Part shown: positions 26,845 to 39,349 of the stretch, one piece after another
Position numbering within the stretch: the first letter of the stretch is position 1
Layout of the letters: each line of letters begins with the position of its first letter
NCBI GenBank assembly: GCA_051294375.1
Contig: CM119263.1
Location: 28,893,151 to 28,950,002, forward strand
Direction: 5' to 3'
Length of the DNA: 56,852 bases
Origin: Paraspadella gotoi
Taxonomy: Eukaryota > Animalia > Chaetognatha
Notes under the pieces: model-generated
Told to the model about the DNA's origin: nothing
The model's database searches: none
What the model saw: the letters and a program-made list of their open reading frames with translations, nothing else
Translations under genes and position numbers: made by a program

Positions 26845-26933
26845 CTTTCCGCAGTTGATGTATTCGACTGAAACTTCGCGGAAGAAAAAGTAAACCATCC
26901 CTTCGTGCTCGAGAGAGGACACGTAGTTGGGTT
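26845..26933 (-). CDS. Sema1a: Semaphorin Sema-domain exon 3
   Basis: ttccctcacag|AA CCC AAC TAC GTG...TGC GGA AAG|gtgagt, 89 nt, phase 1 to 0. Translates (E)PNYVSSLEHEGMVYFFFREVSVEYINCGK, matching the invertebrate semaphorin motif PNFV...VYFFFRE-x-x-VEYINCGK. Phases chain correctly with exons 1 and 2. Confidence 0.93.
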
Positions 26934-27328
26934 CTGTGAGGGAATTAGGATGCGATACAATGAGTTACAATGAGTTACAATGACTTAATAAAATGTGCAG
27001 CTCCGAAATCGAATACTTTTTTAACTATTTCATCAAAATATCGATTTGAAAAAAAGACACTTCATATCTCTTACGGCACAATTCATTCGAGTTATTAACT
27101 TTGAATTTAAACTTTTTGGTGTTAGGAAAAGCCAAAGATAAGTCTGGTGTCGAAATAAAAATTAAAAAATTACACGTCAAATTAAAACAGCGGTGAGTTA
27201 AAAAAAAACCAAAGCCAGAAAAAAAAATGTCCACATAGGACGTGACAAAAACATAGCACAAAACAGGAGTCTGACAGAAAGGAACGGAAACAAAAAACTA
27301 TAGCTAGGTCTGACTGTGATAATTCTTC

Positions 27329-27608
27329 TTTTTTTCTTTTAATATTTCTTTTAAACATTTCTTAAATAATTTGGAATTGGGACTGACCATTCAGCCATTT
27401 TTTTCTTTTAATATTTCTTTTAAACATTTCTTAAATAATTTAAAATTGGGACTGACCATTCAGCCATTTTTTTCTTTTAATATTTCTTTTAAACATTTCT
27501 TAAATAATTTGGAATTGGGACTGACCATTCAGCCATTTTTTTCTTTTAATATTTCTTTTAAACTTTTTTTAAATAATTTGAAATTGGGACTGACCATTCA
27601 GCCATTTT
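27329..27608. repeat. 69-bp AT-rich minisatellite x4 in a semaphorin intron
   Basis: gactgaccattcagcc at 27381, 27450, 27519 and 27588. Confidence 0.95.
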
Positions 27609-29706
27609 GAATCGTATTGTTCTGATCTCAAAACTGGAGGATCTGGAGGAAGGAGGAATAAGGAAATGAGGAAAAGAAAAAAGAAACGAATTAGGGATGG
27701 AGATAAATTATGGGAATAGGAAAGAGAAAGAGAGAGAGAAAGGGAAAGGAAGAGAGAAACAAGAAGGAAAAAGGATAAAAAGGGAGAAAAAAGAAGGCGG
27801 AAGGGAGAAAAAAGAAGGGAAAAGGAGAGAAAGGGGGAGAAATGGAGAAAAAAAATTAAGAATAGTAAGATCGAGGAGACGGAAAGAGAGAGGGAAAAGG
27901 GAGGGGAAGCGAAAATAGAGAGGGAGACGAGGGAAAAGGAAAGAGAGGAAAAGGAAAGAGAGAGGAAACGAAATTAGATCGGGAATGAAAACGAGACCGA
28001 AACTTCGTTTGGCCAAAGAAGAAAAAAAAAAATTCGATCGATAGAAATATGACGTCACCAGATTTTTTTCTTTCCCCTTTTTTTTACTTTTTTCTTCCCT
28101 TTCTTTCCATTTTTTTTTTTTTTTGGCCTCGTGCGCGAATCAAATTAAGGACGGGCGACGAAATTTCGCGTCAACGAAACGTAAAAAAAAAATTTAAAGG
28201 TTTGGCGTCGTCCGTCGTCGTCAGTCGTCGCTCGTCTTAAAAGAAATCACGTCTCGAGGGTCTGTCTTCTCCATCTCTCCTCTCTCTCTCTCTCCCTCTC
28301 TCTCTCTCTCTCGCCCCATTATCGGGGTCAATCTATCGCCGACACTCGCCACCGACTTTAATATTCGAGTTATAGATTAAGTCATAAGTTCAGTCGCCTG
28401 AAAAAAGTCGCAGATTTTTTTATCGTCAAGTTGATTCCTTCGACCTCGTTAATAGATTGGGTCAGAGACCAGACCTTACCCTGAACAACGAACCCTTGGG
28501 CCTAACCCTTCTTGAAAACCTTATAAAGCTTTCTCGCTTCAAGAATCCCTAAAAGCTTGGGGAGTTTAGTAAGCTTTCTCACATGAATCACTTTTGGCAG
28601 CTCAAATTAACCGGACTCATATTTCATACTTTAACGAAGTCGAAGTTCTGTGAAAATCACAATAATCACATTTAGTAGTTATTAGGTCTCGTGAAGATCA
28701 TCTTTTCTATTAGATTCTTTCACCTTTTCTCTTTGAATCCCATGTCCTTACTCCTTACCCAGTCCTTAACTTTCCTCACCTTCATTCGTCTCCATCTTTT
28801 CCTTTTTCAACCGAAAATGATTTTCCAATTTTCTTCCAAAGTCGCGTGCTTTACTTTCTTTTCTTTCTTTACTTTCTTTACTTTCGCACTCTCTACTTGA
28901 AATGGAATGAAGTCAAGGACATTAGAACCAAATTTCAATGAGTCGTGGAACAAAAGGAGAAAGTAAATGACTAAATTTAAGAGACCAAGTGGAATTTAAA
29001 CAATAAACATGCAATATTCACTATCAGTGGAACCAAATGAAAGACAAATTAAAAAGTCAGGAAAAACCTACAACAGAACCCAAATGCAACATTGCAACCA
29101 GACTGGAAAAAAAAACTGACCCAATAAAACTCAATCTACGTGAAACCAAAGAAAATGAAATCGACAGCGAAAGGAAACCAAAACCGACAGAACGAAACGC
29201 AATGGATCTCAACCGCTCGGAGAAACAAGAGCAATATAACCAGGCGTAATCGAACCGCAACCAATGGAACCGGAAGCAATGGAAACCAACTGCAATGGAA
29301 GAATTCTCGATGGACCGGAAAATCAGATTCGAGAAAACAGATTCTCTCTCGAGTCTTCGGCGTCGAATTTTTCTTTTTTTTTTTAAATCCGTACGTGTGT
29401 CTGGCGAATGTCTGTCTTTGCTGATTAGATTTTTAAGATTTAAACGATAAATCTGTTTGTCCGTTTGTACTTCTTACTTATGAGACTACTCACTTTCCGT
29501 ATGTCTACTAAATCACTTTAAAGATTAAATCGAACACGTTTATTTGTTTGTCCGTTAGTCTTTTTTCATGTGTCAGTATGTCTTTATCACTTTCTCCATT
29601 TCCCAATCCGCACGTCTATTTTTATATTTAATTCTCGACCATCAGATCAAAGAAACGTGGCACTCATCAATTATGTAATCGATTCTTCATCTTCAAACCA
29701 ATTCTT

Positions 29707-29741
<35 letters not shown>

Positions 29742-29800
29742 TCTCTCTCTCTCTCTCTCCTCTCTCTTCTTCTCTCTCTGCTCTCTTCTCTCTCTCTCAC

Positions 29801-29905
29801 CGTTGAGCACTTGGAGTCGTGACTGCTACCGTTCGAAGAGGACGATCATAGATGAGGGGATCGTGAGAGTTGAAGTCAGTCATTGTCGCCGGTAGAGTTG
29901 ATGGT
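29801..29905 (-). CDS. Sema1a: Semaphorin Sema-domain exon 2, carrying four compensating 1-nt indels
   Basis: ttttctctttccag|ACCATCAACTCTAC...CTCAACG|gtgaga, 105 nt, phase 1 to 1. The directly readable core is ATMTDFNSHDPLIYDRPLRT. Correcting two deletions and two insertions gives (D)HQLYxATMTDFNSHDPLIYDRPLRTEQYDSKWLN(E), matching the Sema motif LYxAT-x-x-DF-x-x-x-DP-x-IY-x-x-PLRTEQYD-x-x-x-LN. Confidence 0.85.
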
Positions 29906-30329
29906 CTGGAAAGAGAAAATCGAACAATTGAGGAGGTAGAGAGGAGAGAGAGAGAGAGAGAGAAGAGAAGAGAGAAGAGAGAANNNNNNNNNNNNNNNNN
30001 NNNNNNNNGAGAGAGAGAGAGAGAGAGAGAGAATATATCCAAAGGATTCTCTCTTGGCGAAGGATCTCAATTGCGAAGGAGGGAGAAACCATGGAACTGG
30101 AAAAAGTCAACATCGCCAAACGTGATGGAGATAATTTTTTTTTCTTTTTTTCTCTTTCGAGATTTTCCTTCGCTTGTCTCTGTCTCTGTCTTTTTCTTCG
30201 TCTCTGTCATAATTATTTTTCTTTCTCTCTCTCTCTCTCTGTATGTGTACTACATTTACATTTCCTAACGCTGTTGTTCTTTATCTCTTTGTTATAGATT
30301 CTTTTAAATGTCAAAATTGTTAAATTTTT

Positions 30330-30400
30330 CATCCCTATTGTCATTTCTATTAACATCCCCATTGTCATCCACATTGTCATCCTTATTGTCATCCCTAACT
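30330..30400. repeat. Degenerate 12-bp repeat (CATCCCCATTGT-like), intronic
   Basis: catccccattgt catccacattgt catccttattgt catccct. Confidence 0.75.
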
Positions 30401-30844
30401 CTAATCTCATTAATCTTTATTCCTTTCTACGATTTATTTCTCTCATAAAATTCCCGCCCAAAAGTCAAAATTGTTTTTGTCCAGATTTCATTTTTCATAT
30501 TTTTTTTAATTTTGAATAAATTAACGAGAAAAAAATAAAAATTCGCTTCCAGAGCCTTTTCCTTTCTACCTATCTAACCTACCTAAAACCTACTTAACCT
30601 ACCTATCTACAGCTTTACTTACCTATTTACCGAATCTATACTATTCTATTATTCCGCATCTTTTTCTTCATTTTCTCAGACACTGAGTTGTGGGATTTTT
30701 TTTGCCAATATTTCGATTCTATTTTTAAACCTATTTTACTAAATTCTATCCCCTACCTGACAAGCAACCGGGTTGCTTAGAAACACTCCCCCCCAATCTT
30801 TGGTCCCCTCTTCCGTCTCTTCCTCCTCCACTCATCCCACCAAC

Positions 30845-31043
30845 CTGAGGTGTAGAGGGCAGTGGCGTTGTGCGTCGGGTCGAATGGCACGATGGCGATG
30901 CCATTGAACTCTTTGACCATCGTGTAGTCCTGACCCAAGAATTCGTAGCGACGACATCTAGGGGTGAAGGCGTGAGTTCCGCAGATGAGGAGCGTATCGT
31001 CTTCTATACGGAGAATCACCCGGATGTAATTTCGACACTCGTC
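30845..31043 (-). CDS. Sema1a: Semaphorin Sema-domain exon (first of three visible), class 1-like
   Basis: Minus strand acag|GAC GAG TGT CGA AAT TAC ATC CGG...TCA G|gttggt, 199 nt, phase 0 to 1. Translates DECRNYIRVILRIEDDTLLICGTHAFTPRCRRYEFLGQDYTMVKEFNGIAIVPFDPTHNATALYTS, matching the Sema motifs C-x-NYIRV, L-x-x-CGT-x-AF-x-P-x-C and G-x-x-x-x-P(F/Y)DP-x-HN-x-T. The family call is firm; the Sema1a symbol is tentative. Confidence 0.92.
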
Positions 31044-31072
31044 CTGTNNNNNNNNNNNNNNNNNNNNNNNNN

Positions 31073-34000
31073 GAACTGTATTCTGCCAAGTATTCTTTTT
31101 AAAAGTTATTAATTCTAATTCATTAAGAAACTATATAAAATAACTGTTCAAAAGTTACGTTTCAAGGATTAAATGTAAATCAATTATGATTTTTTTATTT
31201 AAAACTACGATGCACAGGTGACATGCACATATGATAACAGATAAAAATGATATCTGGATCCCTTGGGAAATTTTGCTACTACAAGAAATATATCATTTAT
31301 TTAAAAGCCTTTATTTTTTTCTTCTTTCAGAATATTAAATTAAACCAAGATGTCGCTCCATATGTAAACCTCTCATTTAGTGTTCCCTATGCGCGAGTAT
31401 AACGAACGTTAGGAAATTATTCATATACGAAACTCATCAGTTTTATCCGATAATGAAATAAATAAATCTTCTAAGAAAATCAAAACAAAAGAATATCTGT
31501 ATAAGCTAAAATTTCTACAATATGCAAATGATTAATGAGAAATCTCGGAATCTCATTTATGAACATTGAATCATAAATTACATTTGAATATTTTGTGAAT
31601 TAAATGTCATTATTCCTCTATAAAAAAAACAAAACTGAATTTATATTACCACTAATGCGCACACACTATCGCACTAAATGGCACTCGCTCCAACGATTCC
31701 GCCACTCGATTGACGACATCGGCCCGACAAGTTTTCGTCGTCGTCGTCGTTCGTCCGTCGTCGTCGTCGTCCGTCGTCCTCTTTTTCGTTCGCGCCTTCA
31801 TTCGCGGGAATCAATTTTTTTATTCATATCGATAAAATTTTCTTCATTAATTTCATGCAATTAAATTTTAAAAACATGAATTAAATAGGGTGGATATGTT
31901 CGGGTCTCTGGCGAAAGAAAAAGTTTCAAGAAATGAGTGGCCTGAAAAGCGAGTGGCAAGAAATGACCAAAAATGTAAACAATGTAGACTAAAATATAGG
32001 AATACTGAATGTAAAAAGGATGGAACATTTATTTAAGACGACGAATGGAATATTTTATGTCAACAAGAAAAGGGGCGTGGAGACGTTGAGTGAAAAATAG
32101 TGAAATCCGGAAGAATATAAGTGTGGAAAACTTCACCTTCGGTGATTAGATTCGGAGACCGGACTAATGACTGAGGAGAGCGACGACGACGGACGGACAC
32201 GACGACAACGACGACAGCCATGCGTCGAAGAAAGACTCGCGATGGCGAAGATAACCCGACGATGGATTAACGGCCGGTAATGACGGTTTGCCTTGACGCG
32301 AAAACGACGATGACGTCTTACGGGAGTGGAGAGAAAGACGACGACGGATCGACGACCACGACGACGACGTGCCGAATAAGAAATTTGAATTCGTTCGCGA
32401 AATAGAAATTTAAATTCCCTTATACTTTTTCAATTCGTTTTACTATTTTCAAAGGAAATAAAACAAATTCGCGGGAAGAGATTACATCATTCAATTTTTG
32501 TCGTCGGCGAAAAGTGTGAATTCAGGGCAAAAAAATCACTTAATATTCGATAATAAATTTGAAAAATGGTGGAAATGTTTTTTTAAAAAAAATTATATAT
32601 GTATTGAGATGAAAACTTTCCGTCCTTGTATATCATCCCTCCTAGGACCTAAGCTCTGAACGAAAAGTCAGAAGGTTTTTTTAATATATCTTTGACGCGG
32701 TCAATGTAGAATGATGGCAATATTTGGCTATTTTTACGTTTCAAAAAAATCCGACATAAATATAAAATATTAACCCAAAATCTTCGGGGAAAAATCATCC
32801 CTTCTTGGGTGGGTAATATGTGTGCCGGGAGGAGTGAGATTTTTTCGCGAAATCTGAGCTCCCGGTTGAATAACTCTTAGAATTCCGATCGTTAGCTCCT
32901 CTTTTAACTTTTAACTTGTTATAATAAAAATTTTCAGCAAAAATGGACTAAATTCACTTTAACATGATTCGTATGCATATTAAGAATAACCAAATGAAAT
33001 GTAAAGAATTTGAGAGCCCTTCAGAGCATATTGCTATGCGGATTCCTGAATCGAAGTTGGAGTGTTGAAGGAGATGACAGGAGGTGGAGGAGAGTGAGGT
33101 GTGAGGATGCGTTGAGGATTGGGTGAGTATGAAGTGAGGAAATCCCTTTATTTTATATATAAAAATTTAAATGCTCAAAAATAATATTGGGTTCCCGAGA
33201 AAGCGGACGCATCCATTTGAAATTGAATGGTTTGATGTCAAAATGATGGTTATTTTTTGTCAAGAAGAAAAAAATGGAGCCTTCAGTATGCAAAAGGATC
33301 GGAATCGAGTGTTTTTACATCTATTTTTACGGCGGAATTTTTCCCAGGGGCCGTTGACATTTATTTGGTAGTCAGATTTAACGAAAAATCTCCATTAGAA
33401 AAAGTCTTCCTCGATTTCTAAAGAAGGGGAGGGTAAGACTCCTATCCCTCCTCTGAAACCTCTCTTCTCTCTCTCGTCGTCATCTACGAGGTGGCTCTCT
33501 CTTCAATGCTCTCTCTCTCCATTCTCTTACCTCTACCTCTCCTCTTCTCTGCTCATCAGCTCTCCCTCCCTAGCTCGTCCCCACCTGCTCTCGGCGCCCT
33601 CAATTCCCCCTAAACTAACCAGCCCATCTTCATCGACGTAAAAACATTTTCCACCATTTTCAAATTTATTATTCGATATTAAAAGTGATTTTTTTGCCCT
33701 GAATTAATTTTCGCCGACGACAAAAATGGAACGATTAATCTCTTCCGCGATTTGTTTATTTCCTTTGAAAAAGTAAAACGAATTGAAAAAGTAAAGGGAA
33801 TTTAAATTTCTATTCTGCGAACGAATTCTAATTTCTTATTCGTCGTCGTCGTCGTCATCTTTTTCATTATCGAAGACGTCATCGTCGTTATCGTCGTNNN
33901 NNNNNNNNNNNNNNNNNNNNNNNNNNNNNNNNNNNNNNNNNNNNNNNNNNNNNNNNNNNNNNNNNNNNNNNNNNNNNNNNNNNNNNNNNNNNNNNNNNNN

Positions 34001-34305
34001 NNNNNNNNNNNNNNNNNNNNNNNNNNNNNNNNNNNNNNNNNNNNNNNNNNNNNNNNNNNNNNNNNNNNNNNNNNNNNNNNNNNNNNNNNNNNNNNNNNNN
34101 NNNNNNNNNNNNNNNNNNNNNNTCGTCGTCGTCGTCGGCGACTCCTCAGTCATTATCGGTCTCCGAATCTAATCACCGACGTCAATCACCGGAAGTGAAG
34201 TTTTCACGACTTTTTATTNNNNNNNNNNATGAGAATAACAGCGACGCGATCGAGAGCCTCGGGGGAAAAGTGGATCGACGTACGCGACCTGTCCACCTTT
34301 CAAAC

Positions 34306-34347
<42 letters not shown>

Positions 34348-34988
34348 AACTTGTCGGGCGATGTCGTCAATCGAGTGGCGAATCGTTGGAGCGAGTGGCA
34401 TTAGTGGCATTAGTGTGTGCGCATTAGTGGTAATATAAATTCAGGTTTTTGTTTTTTTTTTTATAGAGGAATAATGACATTAATTCACAAAATATTCAAA
34501 TGTAATTTATGATTCAATGGTTCATTTCAAATGAGATCCGAGTTTCTCATTATCATTTGCATATTGTAGAAATTTAGCTTATACAGATATCTTTTGTTTT
34601 GATTTTCTTAGAAGATTTATTTTATCATTTTACGGATAAACTGAGAGTTTCGTATATGAATAATTCCTAACGTCGTTAACTCGTGATAGGGACATTAAAT
34701 GAGAGGTTTACATATGGAGCGACATCTTGGTAATTAATATTCTGAAAGAAGAAAAAAAAATAAAGGTTTAAATTAAATGATATATTTCTGAGTAGCAAAA
34801 TTTCCCAAGGTATCCAGATATCATTTTATTGTATCACTGTGCACTGTCACTGTCATCGTAGTTTTTTTTAAATAAAAAAAAAATCTAATTGTACATTTAT
34901 TCCTTGAACGTACTTGAACGTTATTTTATATAGTTTCTTATGAATTAGATTATAACTTTTAAAAAAGAATACTTGGCAGATACAGTTC
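31073..34988. repeat. Inverted duplication: arms ~31073-32585 and ~33640-34988 around a ~1 kb spacer
   Basis: gaactgtattctgccaagtattc (31073) pairs with gaatacttggcagatacagttc (34967-34988). 32115-32190 pairs with 34123-34217, and 32370-32585 with 33640-33840. Confidence 0.9.
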
Positions 34989-36284
34989 CACTCTTTTTAC
35001 ATTTTTATTGTTACCATTTTTGTTTGTGTATTTAACAATTGGGTTAATATCGTTTTTGTTATTAATTTAAAAAAAATGATTGTACTGAGTACTGACAACG
35101 TCTGTCAGCTACCAGTATATAACGGCATCGACTGGCAACTTCCAGACCCCTCGACTCTTCCAATCGACGCTTGGGGCGAATAAAACCCCCGAAGGCTCGA
35201 AGGCCCGCTGGCTCAAAGAAGAAGCCCCGAAGGCCACCAACAGCCGCGAGGGCTCACTGCAGACGCGGGTCTCCTCGTGGTGCCCGAAAGGCTCGCGGGA
35301 ACCAGAAGAGATGCGCGGGAAAGATGAAGGGATAGTCAAGACAATCGCAATGAGAGAGAGAGAGAGAGAGAAGATGAGAAGAGAGAGAGAGAGAGAGGAG
35401 AGAGGAGAGAGAGAGAGAGATAGAGGAGAGAGAGAGCGCTTGACATTTATGACGAAGGATTGAAGGTGCGATGACGGGAGGAGAAGAAGAAAATCTCACG
35501 ACAACGAAATTCATGAAATCTCGTCGTCTCGAGAAAATTAGTTTCAGTTCGGGTTTTTTTTTTTATTTTTTTATTATGCTAATTAAATCATTAAAATTTC
35601 GAGAAAAAAATATTATCTGAGTCAAGAAAATATCGCGAAGCGAGGGAAGTCATCGAGAGGGGAGGGAAAGGGAACGCCGCCCGAGGTTGAGACAAGAAAA
35701 GAGAAGAAATAGAGAGGAAGAGAAGAAAGAGAGGGGAAGAGAAGAGAAGAATCAATAGAAAAGTAAAAAAGAGAATAGAAGAAAAGAAAAGAAAAAAAGA
35801 AGAGAAGAGAAGAGAAGAGAAGAGTCAATAGAAGGAAACAGAACAGAGCATAACATATTAGAAAAAAATATAATAGAATATAAAAGCAGATGAGAAGAGA
35901 AGAAAAAGAAGAGAAAATAAAAGAAAAAGAAAAGAGAAGAGAAGAGAAGAGAAAAAAGAGAAAAGAAGAGTAAAAAACCCATTATAGGCAAAGACTGTCC
36001 AAAATCAGAAGGCAATATATCTACCTTGTTTACTGGATGAATGAATATTTTTTTTAATATTTGTTGTACAAATTTTATGAGATAAAAACAAAAGCGAAAG
36101 AAAATTCGCCATCGAAAAAAGTCAAGAGTCGAGACAGACGCTTCGTTAGACAGACGCCCTTAGGATAGACGCTCTCTAGCCTCGCGGACAGACGCGCGTA
36201 CAGAATCGTTGAGACAAAGAAGAAACGACGATGACCGAATTTTAAGTGGACGCCTCGGGGTGGTGGAGTGGGGAGAGAGAGATG

Positions 36285-36346
<62 letters not shown>

Positions 36347-36587
36347 TCATTGAAGTATAATTTATGAGATAATATGTCACTAAGAACTAAAAAGTTCATT
36401 GAAACAAACATAACAATTTTAATTAGATAAAAAAGTTTTTTTCTTGCAATGAGTTCCTTTTGTATTTCTCATGTATTTTCAGTCAAGCATCGCTTGAAAA
36501 CAAGAGACTAACCGATTGATCATAACGCGAGGCTTTTGAACAAAATTTTTAGTTCTTTGTTAACAAACGATAATCGGTATTTCTTAG

Positions 36588-36740
36588 AAATGAGGTCTAC
36601 CGGCGTCGATCGGCATGAAGCGGCCTCCAGCGGCGTCGAAGTCCAACACGCTCGTCCAGGTTTACGTCACGGTCGAAACCGAGACGAACAATTATCCCCG
36701 TTTCCAACAGAGCGATAACCAATCGGTGACCTTCAGCTGA
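36588..36740 (+). CDS. Candidate cadherin-repeat-like exon fragment, apparently frameshifted
   Basis: GC-rich island after tatttcttag. The frame from 36636 reads SKSNTLVQVYVTVETETNNYPRFQQS, resembling the cadherin linker V-x-V-x-V-x-D-x-NDN-x-P-x-F. The acidic residues of the motif are not intact and the frame is not continuous. Confidence 0.3.
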
Positions 36741-37735
36741 CCCGGATCAAGAATGAGGGTCGACGCAGCAAGGGGTGGACGACAAGTAGAGTGAAAAGGG
36801 AAGAGGGTGTAAGGGAGACAGAGAGGTTGCAAAGGGTAAGGTCGAAATTGAAAAGGGAAAGTCTTTCTGAAGAGGAGGCAGACTTAAGATTAAAGTGGCT
36901 TCTCTCTCTTTTCCTCTTTTTCAAATAAATTTCGGCTCAAATCAAACTCGCAAAACATTTGCTGACAGGAAATAATTGTTATAGTTTTATAGATATTAAT
37001 TAGCATGGCATTTCGATTTTTCATTTTGCCTCTGTCTGAAGAAAATTGGTCCCTAAAGATTGTGTAATCATTATTTTTTTTATAATCATTATTGTCAATG
37101 AAATAAAAAAAAACAATAATAATAAGCATTTCAAAACTTTTTCCTGACTAATGTCATTAGTCATGAGTCAGGATCAGGTTTTTTTTTACTTTTTTTTTTA
37201 CTTTTTTTTAAACTTTTTTCAGACGCCGTCTACGCCCAAACGAAATCTAGCTTAAATGCTGCGGATTCCCTGCCGCAACTTTGCGCAAATTACGCAGCCA
37301 AAACAATTTGCTGCAGATAGCGCGCAGCTGCGATAGTCATCGCCCGGACGCCCGAGGCGACGACGACGACGACGACGACATTCGAGCTTCTTTGGGTCAA
37401 GATCGACGATCGAGATAAACTGAGGAAGAAACGCTAACGTCACGTGACCGACCACGTGATTCGGTCAATTCTGAGGCCACATTATTTATTTACGCATTGA
37501 AATAAAATAATTACATTTTTCATGTAAAGTGTGCAACTTAATACAGGGCATATGACAGCAACCTTAGTCAATTCTTACCGTAAGGAATCTTTCTATTGAC
37601 AAATCATGTCTCGTCAAAGTCACGTGACGGGATTTGTCATCGTCTCGGGATTTAATGATTAGAACTTCTCATCTGGTGTCAAGTGAGTAAATCTTTTATT
37701 TTGAATCCTGACTTTGAATCTTGAGTCGATTTGAA

Positions 37736-37816
37736 CCAATAAAGATTCAATAAAGATTCAATGAGAATTCAATTAAGATTCAATCAAAATTCAATTCGAG
37801 TCAATAAAGATTCAAT
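37736..37816. repeat. 11-bp repeat (CAATAAAGATT)n
   Basis: caataaagatt caataaagatt caatgagaatt caattaagatt caatcaaaatt... Confidence 0.8.
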
Positions 37817-38544
37817 CTCGAAATCGAATCGATAAAAATCAAATGGGAAAAAAGGAAATAAGATTTTTATTTTCACTATTAAGATTTAAACTACGTCCTT
37901 TAGTTCGTCAATGATATTTTGGTTTTATTATTCGTCATGAATAAAATATATATTACCTTAGTGGGTCCCTCTTAGAGTTAAGCTTGTCAACAATGAACAT
38001 CCGTACTCGTCGTTCATATCGAACGTACTTGACACAGGACTCGAACCCCTAACCTTCTCTGCCACAAGATAATCCTCAAAAAGTAAGACTCGCGGTCTCA
38101 AACCCAAAAGGGATTATAAAAGAAGATGATCTTTTTTTTTCAAGTTTTTTCTGTTAACGAGGATCGACAGGTTTGGCTCTCGTCTCTCTTCGCACCTGGA
38201 AGACTTTGGGATGAACGAGTTTTCCAACAGTCGAACGAAAAGGATAATCAGTTAAGTGTTGTTGTGGACAGAATTTTAGAAGCGTGGTACTCGAGAAATA
38301 TTTTCTGCCGTTTACTGTTTTAAAAATTAGCTGAAGGGTGCTCTCTCGCTCATCGCTCTCTCTCTCTCCTCTTCTCTCTCTCTTCTTCCTCTTTCTCTCT
38401 TTCGCTCTCTTAATGGGTGTATGCCTGGCAAGTACGTGAAGAAAGATAAAGCGATAACTGAATCCCTTTTTAAAAAACTAATGAAAAGTTTAGAACCCTG
38501 AAGTTTTAACACCTTTTACGATCCGTCGCTAGCATGCTCTCTCT

Positions 38545-38583
<39 letters not shown>

Positions 38584-39061
38584 TCATATTTTTAAAAGCC
38601 AAGTAGGTTAGACTGAAATTCAAGAAGCCAGTTTTCTGGGTTTAAAAAAAGGGACGGTATCAAAATTTCATCCACGTCAGAACAAAGCAGCTGAAATAGA
38701 TATGTAAACAAAAGAAAATAAAAAGGGGAAAGAGAGGAAGAAGAGAAGAGAAGAGGGAGAATGGAAGGTCGCCTCGTGGGGGGGGCGGAGAAAAGCAAAG
38801 GCCTTGGGAAACATTTTGTGTGTGGGGTAGAAAGGGTCAGGGTTCTAAGCGGTTCTAAGGGTTTCAGGATGTTTAAAGAAAATGAGAGGTTAAGAAGAGA
38901 GACGCAAGAAAAAATAGTTTTCCAAAAAAATATTCTTGAACAAATAATCCGTATTTTTTTTTTTCCAATTTTGTGAATAAATTTACGGGCTCTGCTCTTC
39001 ATCATCTCTCTTTCAGTCTGTGTTAATTCCTCTGCTCCTCTCTCTTCACTAGTCTCGATCC

Positions 39062-39097
<36 letters not shown>

Positions 39098-39269
39098 CTC
39101 TCTTCTCAATTTCGTCTCTCTCTCTCTCTCTCTGAGGTAGGAAAAGAGTTGTCGGGAATTGGATCGCTTTAAACGAAATTGAATTTGAAGTTCAGAGCAC
39201 ACGCGAGTAATCGGCTAAATTTCAAAAAAACTTTTTCGAGCTCTGTATTAAATGTAGTAGGCAGAGGAC

Positions 39270-39309
<40 letters not shown>

Positions 39310-39312
39310 AGA

Positions 39313-39349
<37 letters not shown>

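Noticed and set aside
28900-29320. A-rich degenerate aatggaac/aaccaa periodicity with short ORFs
   Set aside because: Decayed intronic minisatellite with no consistent unit or coding signal.
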